64,000 nucleotides of DNA. Source: Candidatus Eremiobacteria bacterium (GTDB taxonomy: Bacteria > Vulcanimicrobiota > Vulcanimicrobiia > Vulcanimicrobiales > Vulcanimicrobiaceae). Position 1 is the first letter of the stretch. Each line of letters starts with the position of its first letter. Below, piece after piece: positions 1-9,311 of the stretch. The notes beneath the pieces were generated by a model. That model worked only from the letters and a program-made list of their open reading frames with translations. It was not told the DNA's origin and searched no databases. Location of the stretch: positions 768,001 through 832,000 of the forward strand of contig CAVWUU010000001.1 in NCBI GenBank assembly GCA_963758295.1. The letters are read 5' to 3'. The position numbers and the translations under genes are program-made.

Positions 1-162
1 GCCGAGACGATCTCACCCTATCCGCCCGGCATCCCCGTCATCTCGCCCGGCGAAGAAATAATGGAAGACCTTATCGACTACTTGCGTTTAGAACTTAAGG
101 CCGGCGTACGAATTCAGGGTCCGTACGACGACGAACTGAAGATTATTCGCGTCGTTAAATAA
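1..162 (+). CDS. 3' end of Orn/Lys/Arg decarboxylase family PLP enzyme (partial)
   Basis: Frame 1 reads AETISPYPPGIPVISPGEEI...IRVVK*; YPPGIP is typical of the C-terminal domain of these decarboxylases. Confidence 0.8.
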   Translation, partial: AETISPYPPGIPVISPGEEIMEDLIDYLRLELKAGVRIQGPYDDELKIIRVVK

Positions 163-272
163 CCTTAACGCAGAACGAAACAGATTAGGGCAGAAGAACC
201 AACGGTCCGGAAGGTTAGCGCTCCGCCAATGGGTAAAACTTACAAAACTCCCTTGGAAGCGAGGGTCATTAG

Positions 273-1817
273 TTGGCGGTCAAAGCGCAATCGATCTCCC
301 CGAGTTGGGAGCTCTCCCAACTTCTCGATATCTTCCCCCTGCCGATCCGGCAATCGCTCGTCCGTCTCCCAAATCTCGAAGACATCATCGAAGTCGTGCT
401 CGACCTCGGGCGTCCGCCCGAAGCTCGATTTGCGGCTGATTTTCGTTATCTCTCCGAGACGCCGGTAACGAACGAAGATATTGCACACGTTTGCTCGCGC
501 ATCTCACCTTTTGGTGCAGACAATCGCGCCGGCATCGAGCAAACATTGCATCGAATCAGCGCGATAAGAAACCGGCAAGGCAAAATCGTCGGCCTTACCT
601 GTCGTGTCGGCCGTGCCGTGTACGGCACGATCGACATTTTATTAGACGTCTTGCGAAGCGGAAAGTCGATTTGTTTGCTCGGGCGGCCGGGCGTCGGCAA
701 AACGACGATGTTGCGCGAATGCGCGCGCATTCTCTCCGAAGACCGCAAGCGCGTCGTTATCGTTGATACGTCGAACGAAATCGCCGGCGACAGCGATATC
801 CCGCATCCCGGCATCGGTCTGGCACGCCGAATGCAAGTTGCCGATCCGGCTTTACAGCACGCGGTCATGATCGAAGCGGTCGAAAACCACATGCCCGAGG
901 TCGTCGTCATCGACGAAATCGGAACCGAAGCCGAATCCGGTGCGGCGCGTACGATTGCCGAACGCGGCGTAACGTTGATCGGCACGGCTCACGGACAAAC
1001 CCTCGAGAATCTTTTGATGAATCCGACGCTCTCGGATCTCGTCGGCGGCATCAGCGCCGTAACGCTCTCGGACGAGGAAGCGCGCCGTCGCGGCACGCGG
1101 AAAACCGTTCTCGAGCGTAAAGCGCCGCCAACCTTCGACGTGGTCGTCGAGATTCAGGATCGCGACCGTCTCGCGATTCACAAGAACGTGGCCGAAGTCA
1201 TCGATGCGCTCTTGCGCGGCTATCAGCCGCAGCCGGAGATCCGGCAGCGCACGGCGAGCGGCGACGTGGCCATCGTGCAAGAAGCGGACGCGGAATCGAT
1301 GCCGCAGCTTGCCGAAAGCTACGATCACCACCGCGACGCGCACGACGAAGAACGCGACAAACCGGTGATGCTCTTTCCGTACGGCGTCTCACGGAACAAG
1401 ATCGAGCGCGCCGTGCACAATCTGCGAGTCAACGCGTCAATAGCGCGCACGTGGGACGAAGCCGACGTGGTGCTCACGCTGAAGACTCTCGAGCGCAAAG
1501 GGCAACCGAAGCTCAAGCAGATCGCCTCCGATAACGTTCCAATCTACGCGATCAAGACGAACACGACGACGCAGATTCAAACGGCCCTGCGGGACGTCTT
1601 CAATCTCGGCTCCATCGATCACGAAGAAGTGGCGTTGCGAGAAGCGGAAGAAGCCGTCTATCAAGTGCTTTTGACGAATCAGGCGATAGAGCTGTCTCCG
1701 CAAACGTCGTACATGCGGCGAATGCAGCATCAGCTCGCGGAAAAGTACCGGCTGCAATCTCGAAGCACCGGATTGGAGCCGAACCGAAGGGTTCGAATCT
1801 TCAAGCTTCCGGAGTAA
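273..1817 (+). CDS. AAA ATPase with C-terminal R3H domain (Ycf45/SpoIIIAA-like)
   Basis: Walker A GRPGVGKT, Walker B VVVIDEIG, DTSNEIAG motif, C-terminal RRMQH R3H motif. Confidence 0.9.
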   Translation: MAVKAQSISPSWELSQLLDIFPLPIRQSLVRLPNLEDIIEVVLDLGRPPEARFAADFRYLSETPVTNEDIAHVCSRISPFGADNRAGIEQTLHRISAIRNRQGKIVGLTCRVGRAVYGTIDILLDVLRSGKSICLLGRPGVGKTTMLRECARILSEDRKRVVIVDTSNEIAGDSDIPHPGIGLARRMQVADPALQHAVMIEAVENHMPEVVVIDEIGTEAESGAARTIAERGVTLIGTAHGQTLENLLMNPTLSDLVGGISAVTLSDEEARRRGTRKTVLERKAPPTFDVVVEIQDRDRLAIHKNVAEVIDALLRGYQPQPEIRQRTASGDVAIVQEADAESMPQLAESYDHHRDAHDEERDKPVMLFPYGVSRNKIERAVHNLRVNASIARTWDEADVVLTLKTLERKGQPKLKQIASDNVPIYAIKTNTTTQIQTALRDVFNLGSIDHEEVALREAEEAVYQVLLTNQAIELSPQTSYMRRMQHQLAEKYRLQSRSTGLEPNRRVRIFKLPE

Positions 1818-1832
1818 GGAAATGGACGGAAG

Positions 1833-1865
1833 GCGGGGTTTGCGTAAACGCGAACCCCGTTTTTC
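1833..1865 (+). terminator. Intrinsic terminator
   Basis: gcggggtttgcg-taaa-cgcgaaccccgt hairpin followed by a T run just after the stop codon. Confidence 0.7.
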
Positions 1866-2645
1866 ATGTGTACGCGCGCAGGTTTTCTCACGGGCGTTGC
1901 GGTTCTGGCAGTCGCGCCCGCCGCCGTCGCCGCTAAAACGCATTCGCCGCAGTTTCTGGAACTGGCGATACCCGGCATGCGTCAAATCGACGACAGCACC
2001 TGGGTCGGGCAGCTATCGCCGCACGTATGGATACACACGACGACGCACGATCTCGACGGTGCGGGCTATTATCCCGCAAACGGGATCATCGTCGAAAATG
2101 CGCGCGACTCGCTCATGATCGACACCGGCTGGGAGCCGCCGCAAACCGAATCGTTGTTGAAGTTCTGGCGTGACGTCCGCAGAAAGCCGCTATCGAGCGC
2201 CTTCGTCACGCACTTCCACGCCGATCGCCTCGCGGGCGTAGACGTTCTTGCATCGCACGGAATCGTTTCGCATGCGCTGCCCGAGACGGTAGAGCTGGCC
2301 GCGGCACATCATTTCCCCGTTCCGAAACCGTATCCGGGCCTCGAAACGCAGGCGAAAGCGCTTCCCGGCGCGGTTGCATTCTTTCCAGGCGCCGGGCACA
2401 CCAAAGACAACGTCGTAGTCTACGTCCCGGGAGATCGCGTTCTTTTCGGAGGCTGTCTCATCAAAGCCGTGACCGCCGCCGATTTGGGGAATCTTGCCGA
2501 TGCCGTCGTCGCCGACTACGCGAGGAGCGTGGAGAACGTGCGCAACCGTTACGGAAGCGCGCGCTACGTCATTCCCGGGCACGGCACGCTTCGCGGTGAT
2601 AGCATCGGACACACGATTGCCATGGCCAGGGCAGGAGCGAAATGA
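1866..2645 (+). CDS. Subclass B1 metallo-beta-lactamase
   Basis: HFHADR, GAGHTKDN, FGGCLIK, GNLADA and IPGHG give the full B1 zinc ligand set; N-terminal signal peptide. Confidence 0.88.
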   Translation: MCTRAGFLTGVAVLAVAPAAVAAKTHSPQFLELAIPGMRQIDDSTWVGQLSPHVWIHTTTHDLDGAGYYPANGIIVENARDSLMIDTGWEPPQTESLLKFWRDVRRKPLSSAFVTHFHADRLAGVDVLASHGIVSHALPETVELAAAHHFPVPKPYPGLETQAKALPGAVAFFPGAGHTKDNVVVYVPGDRVLFGGCLIKAVTAADLGNLADAVVADYARSVENVRNRYGSARYVIPGHGTLRGDSIGHTIAMARAGAK

Positions 2646-2954
2646 ACGATCGCTTGTTCCGATTCGATTTTCTGGTGGCCAGGAGCCTGCGGCTGGCAAT
2701 TGAGACGCGAGAAAACCGAGGATGACCAAGACGAGGACGGGCGGAGGGCTGTACCGGGCTCGGCCAGGAGCAAAGCATGGGGGCACCTCTTTGCTTATGA
2801 TCCAACGCCATGCCGGTAAAAAATAATTCGGTAAGCAAGCACCGAGTCCGAAGGGGAACATTAGAGTTTCATGAAAAGGGATTGCGTCGGTTGCCAGCGC
2901 GCTCGGCTTGACGTCCTAGGATCGAAGCCGAGTTATCCCACTAACGACAAGAAC

Positions 2955-2986
2955 GCCGCCCCCTAACCGGGGCGGTTTCTTATTTT
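2955..2986 (+). terminator. Intrinsic terminator upstream of tmk
   Basis: ccgcccc-ctaacc-ggggcgg followed by tttcttatttt. Confidence 0.7.
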
Positions 2987-3008
2987 GTATCACGAAAGAG
3001 CGCGAGTC

Positions 3009-3620
3009 ATGTTCGTCTCCGTCGAGGGCATCGAAGGCTGCGGCAAAAGCACTCTTCTTTCAGGCCTTGCCGAACGATTGCGTTCCCAAGGCCGCGAGAT
3101 TTTCGTAACTCGTGAGCCTGGCGGATCGCCGGTCGGCGACGCGGTGCGCCGCATTTTTCTGGAACCCGGGTTGGCGCCCGCGCCGCTAACTGAAGCCCTT
3201 CTGATCAACGCCGCGCGCGCGCAGCACGTCGTCGAAGCAATTGGGCCCGCGTTACGGCGCGGTGCGATCGTCCTCTGCGATCGCTTCGTGGATTCGACGC
3301 TCGCCTATCAAGGTTATGGACGCGGTATCGATCTGCAGTTACTGCGCACCCAGTGTGACGTTGCGACGGGCGGCTTGAACCCGGACATCACGTTCGTCCT
3401 CGACGTCCCCGTAGCGGTTTCGCGCGAACGCGTCGCGGCACGCAAAGGCGCGATCGACCGCATGGAATCCGAGGACGATGCTTTTCATCAACGCGCACGA
3501 GACGGATTTTTGCAACTTGCGCAAACGCATCCGCGTTACCGCGTTTTCGATGCAACGAAGCCGCCCGGAGAATTGATCGTGCAAGCCTTTGAGGCGCTTT
3601 CGCAGGCGGGCGTGAAGTGA
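3009..3620 (+). CDS. tmk: Thymidylate kinase
   Basis: EGIEGCGKST P-loop, TREPGG, CDRFVDSTLAYQG. Confidence 0.97.
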   Translation: MFVSVEGIEGCGKSTLLSGLAERLRSQGREIFVTREPGGSPVGDAVRRIFLEPGLAPAPLTEALLINAARAQHVVEAIGPALRRGAIVLCDRFVDSTLAYQGYGRGIDLQLLRTQCDVATGGLNPDITFVLDVPVAVSRERVAARKGAIDRMESEDDAFHQRARDGFLQLAQTHPRYRVFDATKPPGELIVQAFEALSQAGVK

Positions 3621-4636
3621 GCGCACTGCACTTTGACGTCATTGGCGCGGACGGCCCGAAAACGTACTTCGGGCGTTTGCAACCCGGCGAACTGGCGCAT
3701 GCGTACCTTTTTTCCGGACCCTCCGGCGTCGGCAAGAAGACGTTTGCAAAACGACTTGCGCAATCGCTGTTATGCGAGGCGCCGAAGTCGACGGTGCTTG
3801 GTTACGACGGCACGTGCAATGCGTGCCGGTTGTTTACGGCGTCCGAGTCGGCGCGCCATCCGGATTTCTTAGAGCATGCCGGTGCGCTAAAAATCGGCGA
3901 TAGCGATTCGGCGATGGGGTTTTACGAAGGCGAGGCCCTTACCGCGCGTGACTTGGTGCGCCAGCTTTCCATGCAATCGTACTCGGGCGGCATGCGCGTG
4001 TTGCTTTTGGGCGACGTCGATTTTGCTTCGCCGGCAGCCGCGAATGCACTGTTGAAGTTTTTCGAGGAGCCGCCAAGCGGAGTCGTGCTCTTGTTGACCA
4101 CCCCAACGCCGGGGAGATTGCTGACGACGATCCGCTCGCGCTTGATCGAGCTCCGCTTTCCGGCGCTTTCGCATGCGCAAGTACACGACATACTGTTGCG
4201 CATGGGATACGAAGAACCGCAGGCCGAGCTTGGGGCGTCCCTCGGACAGGGCAGCGTCACGCGTGCCGTGGCATCGCTCGAGGGTGAAGAGGAATCGTTG
4301 CGGGCTCAAGTCGCGGAATGGTTCTTCAAAGTCGTTGCCGGCGAGTCTCCTCAAGAAGGCTGGGCATCGCGAGACTCGCTCGATGAAGGGCTCGAGGTTC
4401 TGAAGTCGCTCGTGCGCGACTGGGTCGCGCTGAGCGCCGCCGGTGACGGCGTCTCAATCGCGGCCGTTGATTACTCCGAGGGGTTGCGCGAACTGCCGAA
4501 GGTGCCGGCCGCTGCAGCGATCGGCATGATCGCGAAGATCGACGACGCGCAGCGGCTGGCACGAACCAACGTGAGTCCAGCGATGGTGAGCGACATCGTG
4601 CGCATGGCGCTAACCGGACAGGCTCGTAACGGCTAA
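3617..4636 (+). CDS. holB: DNA polymerase III subunit delta'
   Basis: HAYLFSGPSGVGK, HPD, AANALLKFFEEPP, TIRSR; overlaps the tmk stop. Confidence 0.92.
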   Translation: MSALHFDVIGADGPKTYFGRLQPGELAHAYLFSGPSGVGKKTFAKRLAQSLLCEAPKSTVLGYDGTCNACRLFTASESARHPDFLEHAGALKIGDSDSAMGFYEGEALTARDLVRQLSMQSYSGGMRVLLLGDVDFASPAAANALLKFFEEPPSGVVLLLTTPTPGRLLTTIRSRLIELRFPALSHAQVHDILLRMGYEEPQAELGASLGQGSVTRAVASLEGEEESLRAQVAEWFFKVVAGESPQEGWASRDSLDEGLEVLKSLVRDWVALSAAGDGVSIAAVDYSEGLRELPKVPAAAAIGMIAKIDDAQRLARTNVSPAMVSDIVRMALTGQARNG

Positions 4637-4809
4637 GGCGGAGCGGAAGGCCACGAGTCACGAGCGCGGGATTGCCATGGGACGCATCGTATGCGGTCTT
4701 GCGGCCGCGACCGTACGCGCCGCTACGGTGCGCGTTCTATGCTTTAGCGATGAAGGATCCGCTCTAGGACCCCATCGGGTAAGCTGCGAGCGGCTAAGCT
4801 CGTCTAGCT
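4637..4809 (+). ncRNA. Candidate structured ncRNA (rod-like fold with internal bubble, 6S-like geometry)
   Basis: Nested helices ggagcgga/tccgctct, atgggacg/cgttctat, gcatcgta/tacggtgc, tgcggtc/gaccgta with G-U pairs favouring the + strand; lies between convergent genes. Confidence 0.3.
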
Positions 4810-5517
4810 TTAACGTCGCGTGTGGAACGCGATGTCGTCGTACGTGGCCGAGAATGGGAACGCGAGATAGGCCAACACAATTGCGCGAACCGCGGCACTG
4901 ACGAGATTGAGAACCGTTTCGTTCGTGAAGAATTGGACGAGATACTGGACGAGATAAGCCGGAAGCAGTACGAAGACCAACACGAAAACAACGGCGAGAA
5001 GGAGGCACGCGAGCGGATTCGCGCGCACGGCGCGAATCGATCCTGAGATTGCGAGACCGCCCGGTAATCCGCCGATCGCCGCAGCCGGAATCGTGAGGAT
5101 CAGGAAAAAGTATGCTACGAGTTGTAGGACAAAGCCGACCGTCTGGCCGAGGATGCTCCCGATGTAGGCAGCGACCCAGACGATGAATTGAAAGCCGATC
5201 GCCGCCAGAATGATCCCACCGGCTTTTCGCTTTGCCTCTTCCCACGCGTCATCGAAATTCGAGCGGTATCCGCGCTGAATGTTGTTCGCTTGAATGACGG
5301 CGACGCCGAAAGCGAAGAGATAAACGATCTGTACGATCATGCCGAAGATTCCGCTGGCGAATCCGCCAAGCGGATCGGTAAAGGCACCGCTCCAGCGGGA
5401 AACCGCCATGTCGATTACCGCTGCAAGTAGAGGCATCGCCAAAATCGAGGGATGGCGAACGAGCGCGGGCAGCGCCCGAACGTACGGAAGTAGATCGATG
5501 CGCCGCCCGGATCTCAT
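4810..5517 (-). CDS. Hypothetical integral membrane protein
   Basis: About six hydrophobic segments; directly downstream of mtnP. Confidence 0.8.
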   Translation of the reverse strand: MRSGRRIDLLPYVRALPALVRHPSILAMPLLAAVIDMAVSRWSGAFTDPLGGFASGIFGMIVQIVYLFAFGVAVIQANNIQRGYRSNFDDAWEEAKRKAGGIILAAIGFQFIVWVAAYIGSILGQTVGFVLQLVAYFFLILTIPAAAIGGLPGGLAISGSIRAVRANPLACLLLAVVFVLVFVLLPAYLVQYLVQFFTNETVLNLVSAAVRAIVLAYLAFPFSATYDDIAFHTRR

Positions 5518-5520
5518 TTG

Positions 5521-6318
5521 TTAACCACGTGCTCCTTGAAGGGCGTGATGGCACGAGCAATCGGCATTGAGATCGATCTTCGAAACGATCGTGCCGATCG
5601 CGTTCTTCACGCGGTCGTTATTGGCTTTGAAGACTTCCATCACTTCATGATGCGACACCGGCGCAATGCCTTCGATGCCGACGTCGTAATCGGTGATAAG
5701 CGAGATGTTCACAAAACAGATCTCCGCTTCGCGTGCGAGATACGCTTCGGGGTACTGCGTCATGTTGATGACTTCCCAGCCCTGGCTCTGGAACCACTGC
5801 GATTCGGAACGCGTTGAGAAGCGCGGCCCTTGAATGACCACGACCGTGCCGCGTTCATGCGTCTCGATGTTCAGCGATTTGAGCGACTCCACGGCGATCG
5901 GACGCAGCGTCGGGCAGTACGGGTCGGCGAAGCTCACGTGCGTCGTGACGGGACCGTCGAAGAATGTGTCCTTCCGTCCGCTCGTGCGGTCGACGAGCTG
6001 GTCGCACACCACCATCGAGCCGGGCTTCACTGCTTTCTTCAGCGAGCCGCAGGCATTGGGCGCAATGATGAATTTCACGCCGAGCATCTTCATCGCCCAA
6101 ATGTTTGCGCGATAGTTGATCGATTGCGGCGGGAAGCGATGATCCTTGCCGTGACGCGGAAGAAACGCCACTTTCTTGCCGGCGATTTCGCCCAGAGCGA
6201 TTTTATCGCTTGGCGCTCCGTAGGGCGTCTCGATCCAAACTTCACGGGCGTTTTCGATGAGCGAATAAAAGCCCGAGCCGCCAAAAACGCCGATGTCGGC
6301 GCGTTCTGTAGTCTCCAT
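5521..6318 (-). CDS. mtnP: S-methyl-5'-thioadenosine phosphorylase
   Basis: GVFGGSG, TPYG, LPRHG, INYRANIWA, GPRFST, INMT, LITDYD. Confidence 0.93.
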   Translation of the reverse strand: METTERADIGVFGGSGFYSLIENAREVWIETPYGAPSDKIALGEIAGKKVAFLPRHGKDHRFPPQSINYRANIWAMKMLGVKFIIAPNACGSLKKAVKPGSMVVCDQLVDRTSGRKDTFFDGPVTTHVSFADPYCPTLRPIAVESLKSLNIETHERGTVVVIQGPRFSTRSESQWFQSQGWEVINMTQYPEAYLAREAEICFVNISLITDYDVGIEGIAPVSHHEVMEVFKANNDRVKNAIGTIVSKIDLNADCSCHHALQGARG

Positions 6319-6423
6319 AATCTCCTTCGAGTGCGGCCGTGACGTCCCACGGGCACTCCACGTGACAATCTGACCTGGGCCTCGTTCGAGGTGCCGTTTG
6401 TCTCCCCTCGGAAATTACGCCCG

Positions 6424-8001
6424 ATGGGCCGTCAAATCGTTGCCGTAATGCTGCTAATGTCGCTGATTGCCTGCGCGCACACCGCGCAGCAGCCGGGCGC
6501 CGGAGGCCGGCACCCGTGGACGGTTCCGCACGTGCTGCGCGTTGCAGATATCGCCGATCCCGACCACCTCAATCCCTACCTTTCCACGATGGACGTAACG
6601 TACGACCTCGCGTCGCTGATATATTCGTATCTGATTATCAGCGACGATCGCGGGAAGCTTGTCGGCGATCTGGCGACGGCGGTTCCTACTCGCGCCAACG
6701 GCGGCATCTCGCCCGACGGCCGAACGTACACGTATTACCTGCGGCGCGGCGTGCTCTGGCACGACGGCGTTCGGTTCACGTCGCGCGACGTCAAAGCGTC
6801 TTGGCGGGCCGTGGTCGATTCAAAAAACAATACGTTGCATCGCGAGGGCTTCGATCGAATCAGTTCTATCGATACCCCGGACGACTACACGGCAGTGGTG
6901 CATTTGCGCGAGCCGTATGCGCCGTTTGTTTCGCAGTTCTTCGCGCCGTTGCAAGAGGGTGGCAAACCGGTTTTACCGGCACACGTCCTGACGCGTGAAT
7001 CGGATTTCAATGCGGGCGAACTCGCAACGCATCCGATCGGCACGGGGCCGTTTCAATTCGTCTCATGGCATCGCGGCGACCGGATCGTGTTGGAACGGTT
7101 TCCCCGATACTTCAAGGGCGAGCCGAAACTCGAACGCATCGAGCTGCTCATTCTGCCGAACGACAACACGATGCTCGATCAAACGGAAACGCATGGCGTC
7201 GATCTCGTCATCGCGCCCCCGCAAGCGCAAATCGATTCGTACCGGCATATCCCCGGTGTCGTCACTGAATTTGCGCCGTGGAACGCTCAGGCGGTGCTCG
7301 TCTTCAACGCGCGCAAACCGGCGCTTCACGACGCCGCCGTCCGGCGCGCCATTGCCTACGCGATCGACAAACCGGCCCTAATCGAGAAAATCTCGCACGG
7401 CGTTGGTGAAGAAGCATACAACAGTCTGCCCACAACGGCGCTTGGCTACGAACGCTTGCAGCCGTATGCCTACGATCCGCGCAAGAGTCTAAAGCTACTG
7501 CAAAATAGACACGTGAGCTTTACGCTCGCCACGATTGCCGGCGGTGCGACGCTGCAAAGTCTCGCGCTAGCGATGCAGTCCGAACTGCACGCCGTAGGGA
7601 TCGACGTGGCGATCAAGCTCTATCCGTACGACACGATTTTTTCGCTCGATGGCCCGATCTACCGGGGAACGTACGACGCCGCCGTTTACAGCACGACGTT
7701 AAACTGGGACCCCAACGTCCTGGACTACTTGGGATGCGCGCAGTGGTATCCGAAGGGCGAGAACGTCTACGGGTACTGCAATCCGTCCCTCGATAAACTG
7801 GAGCAGGCCGGCCTCCAAGCAAGCGATCTTAAAAAACGGGCCGGCATTTATCGCTCGGCGGCGCAAATTATCTGGAACGACTTGCCCTACTATCCGCTCT
7901 ACCAGTACCGGCGCACCATCGTTCGCAACTCGGACCTCAAAAACTACACCGTCAATCCAACGTCGACGCCATGGTGGAACGCGTGGCAATGGGATATTTG
8001 A
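6424..8001 (+). CDS. Peptide ABC transporter substrate-binding lipoprotein (OppA/AppA-like)
   Basis: Lipobox LIAC, family 5 SBP motifs (ISPDGRTYTY, WHDG, GTGPF); start uncertain (6391 or 6424). Confidence 0.9.
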   Translation: MGRQIVAVMLLMSLIACAHTAQQPGAGGRHPWTVPHVLRVADIADPDHLNPYLSTMDVTYDLASLIYSYLIISDDRGKLVGDLATAVPTRANGGISPDGRTYTYYLRRGVLWHDGVRFTSRDVKASWRAVVDSKNNTLHREGFDRISSIDTPDDYTAVVHLREPYAPFVSQFFAPLQEGGKPVLPAHVLTRESDFNAGELATHPIGTGPFQFVSWHRGDRIVLERFPRYFKGEPKLERIELLILPNDNTMLDQTETHGVDLVIAPPQAQIDSYRHIPGVVTEFAPWNAQAVLVFNARKPALHDAAVRRAIAYAIDKPALIEKISHGVGEEAYNSLPTTALGYERLQPYAYDPRKSLKLLQNRHVSFTLATIAGGATLQSLALAMQSELHAVGIDVAIKLYPYDTIFSLDGPIYRGTYDAAVYSTTLNWDPNVLDYLGCAQWYPKGENVYGYCNPSLDKLEQAGLQASDLKKRAGIYRSAAQIIWNDLPYYPLYQYRRTIVRNSDLKNYTVNPTSTPWWNAWQWDI

Positions 8002-8027
8002 GGCAGCCGACGAAGGGTGTCGCGGCT

Positions 8028-8549
8028 ATGAATCCCAGAGTTGCAGTTACCGCCGCGCTCCTCTTCGCAGCCGCGGCCATCCCAGCCGGCGTTCGTGCCG
8101 ACGTATCAACCGACGTCCAGACCCAACTCAAATCCGCCTATCAAAATCAGTGCAAGCTGATCCAAGATCAAAATTTTGACGGCTACGCAAAGACGCTCAC
8201 CGACGATTATTACACCAACGACTCGAGCGGAAAGAAAATTGTCAAGGCCGACGCCATCACGCAAATGAAGTCGACGGTTGCCTCGACCGCGATGAAGCCC
8301 GGCGAATGCGCGATCGACTTCACCGCTTCTACGCAATCCGGCAGCGACGTCACGGTGAACGCCCTTGTCGTTCAAACCGCGCAGGCGACGGTGCAAGGCA
8401 AAGAAATGCCGTTGCAGATTACGACCCGCGAGCTGGACACGTGGACAAATGCCGGCGGCGGTTGGCTGCAGAAAGCCTCGACGGTAAAAGGCCAAGTCGT
8501 AAAATCCGGCGACAAGATCATCGAGCAGGACGGATCCCTGGACCCTTAG
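8028..8549 (+). CDS. Exported NTF2-like (DUF4440-type) protein
   Basis: Signal peptide, then helix plus beta strands ending in DTW...WLQK. Confidence 0.65.
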   Translation: MNPRVAVTAALLFAAAAIPAGVRADVSTDVQTQLKSAYQNQCKLIQDQNFDGYAKTLTDDYYTNDSSGKKIVKADAITQMKSTVASTAMKPGECAIDFTASTQSGSDVTVNALVVQTAQATVQGKEMPLQITTRELDTWTNAGGGWLQKASTVKGQVVKSGDKIIEQDGSLDP

Positions 8550-8555
8550 TGCTTC

Positions 8556-8741
8556 TTGAACCCTATGCGGAAACAAGTCTCGAGTACTATATCCGCGGCA
8601 GCGTCGAGCTTCGGAATACGCAACGCAATGAAGGGCGCGCTCTTCGAACACTACGCGCTCTGTCGTTGCGGCAAATCGAAGAACAAGCCGTTCTGCGACG
8701 GCACCCACCGGTACGCGAAGTTTACGGACGAGGAGAACTAG
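8556..8741 (+). pseudogene. CDGSH iron-sulfur domain gene fragment, frameshifted near 8633-8635
   Basis: LCRCGKSKNKPFCDGTH motif; the expected upstream segment YYIRGSVELRNTQRNEG lies in another frame. Confidence 0.7.
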
Positions 8742-8750
8742 CGCGCGGCG

Positions 8751-9227
8751 CTAGCGATTGAAGTCGCTGGGCTTGAGCTCGTCGAGAAACTTTTTGAAGC
8801 GCGACAGCTCGGTTTCATCGATCGGCTTCTTATCCGGCGTCGCTTCTTCGAGGACGATTTTGTCCGACACGTAGATCGGCGTTTGCATGCGCAACGCGAG
8901 CGCGATGCCGTCGGAAGGACGCGCGTCGATTTCTTGCAACTCGCCATCCGATCGCACGATCAGCTTGGCGAAGAACGTCGAGTCTTTGATGTCGTGAATG
9001 ATGACCTGTTCGAGGCTTGCGTCCAGCGTTTCCAGGATGCTGCGCATCAGGTCGTGTGAGAGCGGGCGGGGCACCGGCGCGCCTTCCAGAGCCAAAGCGA
9101 TTGCAGTCGCCTCGAACGGCCCGATAAGGATCGGAAGGTAGTGCGATCCATCCATGTCCTTCAAGATCACTACCGGATCGTGGGTGAGCAGGTCGATTCC
9201 GAGTTTGTCGACCTTCATTTGGCGCAT
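8751..9227 (-). CDS. Bifunctional nuclease family protein (DUF151)
   Basis: LPILIGPFEATAIA, RPLSHDL, IDARPSDGIALA. Confidence 0.92.
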   Translation of the reverse strand: MRQMKVDKLGIDLLTHDPVVILKDMDGSHYLPILIGPFEATAIALALEGAPVPRPLSHDLMRSILETLDASLEQVIIHDIKDSTFFAKLIVRSDGELQEIDARPSDGIALALRMQTPIYVSDKIVLEEATPDKKPIDETELSRFKKFLDELKPSDFNR

Positions 9228-9311
9228 GGGGACCTATCCGACGTAGCCGGGGCATTATCTTGCCGATGCAGGCATGCATGTACCCCGCGGACGAACCGCT
9301 CCCCCTTCATC

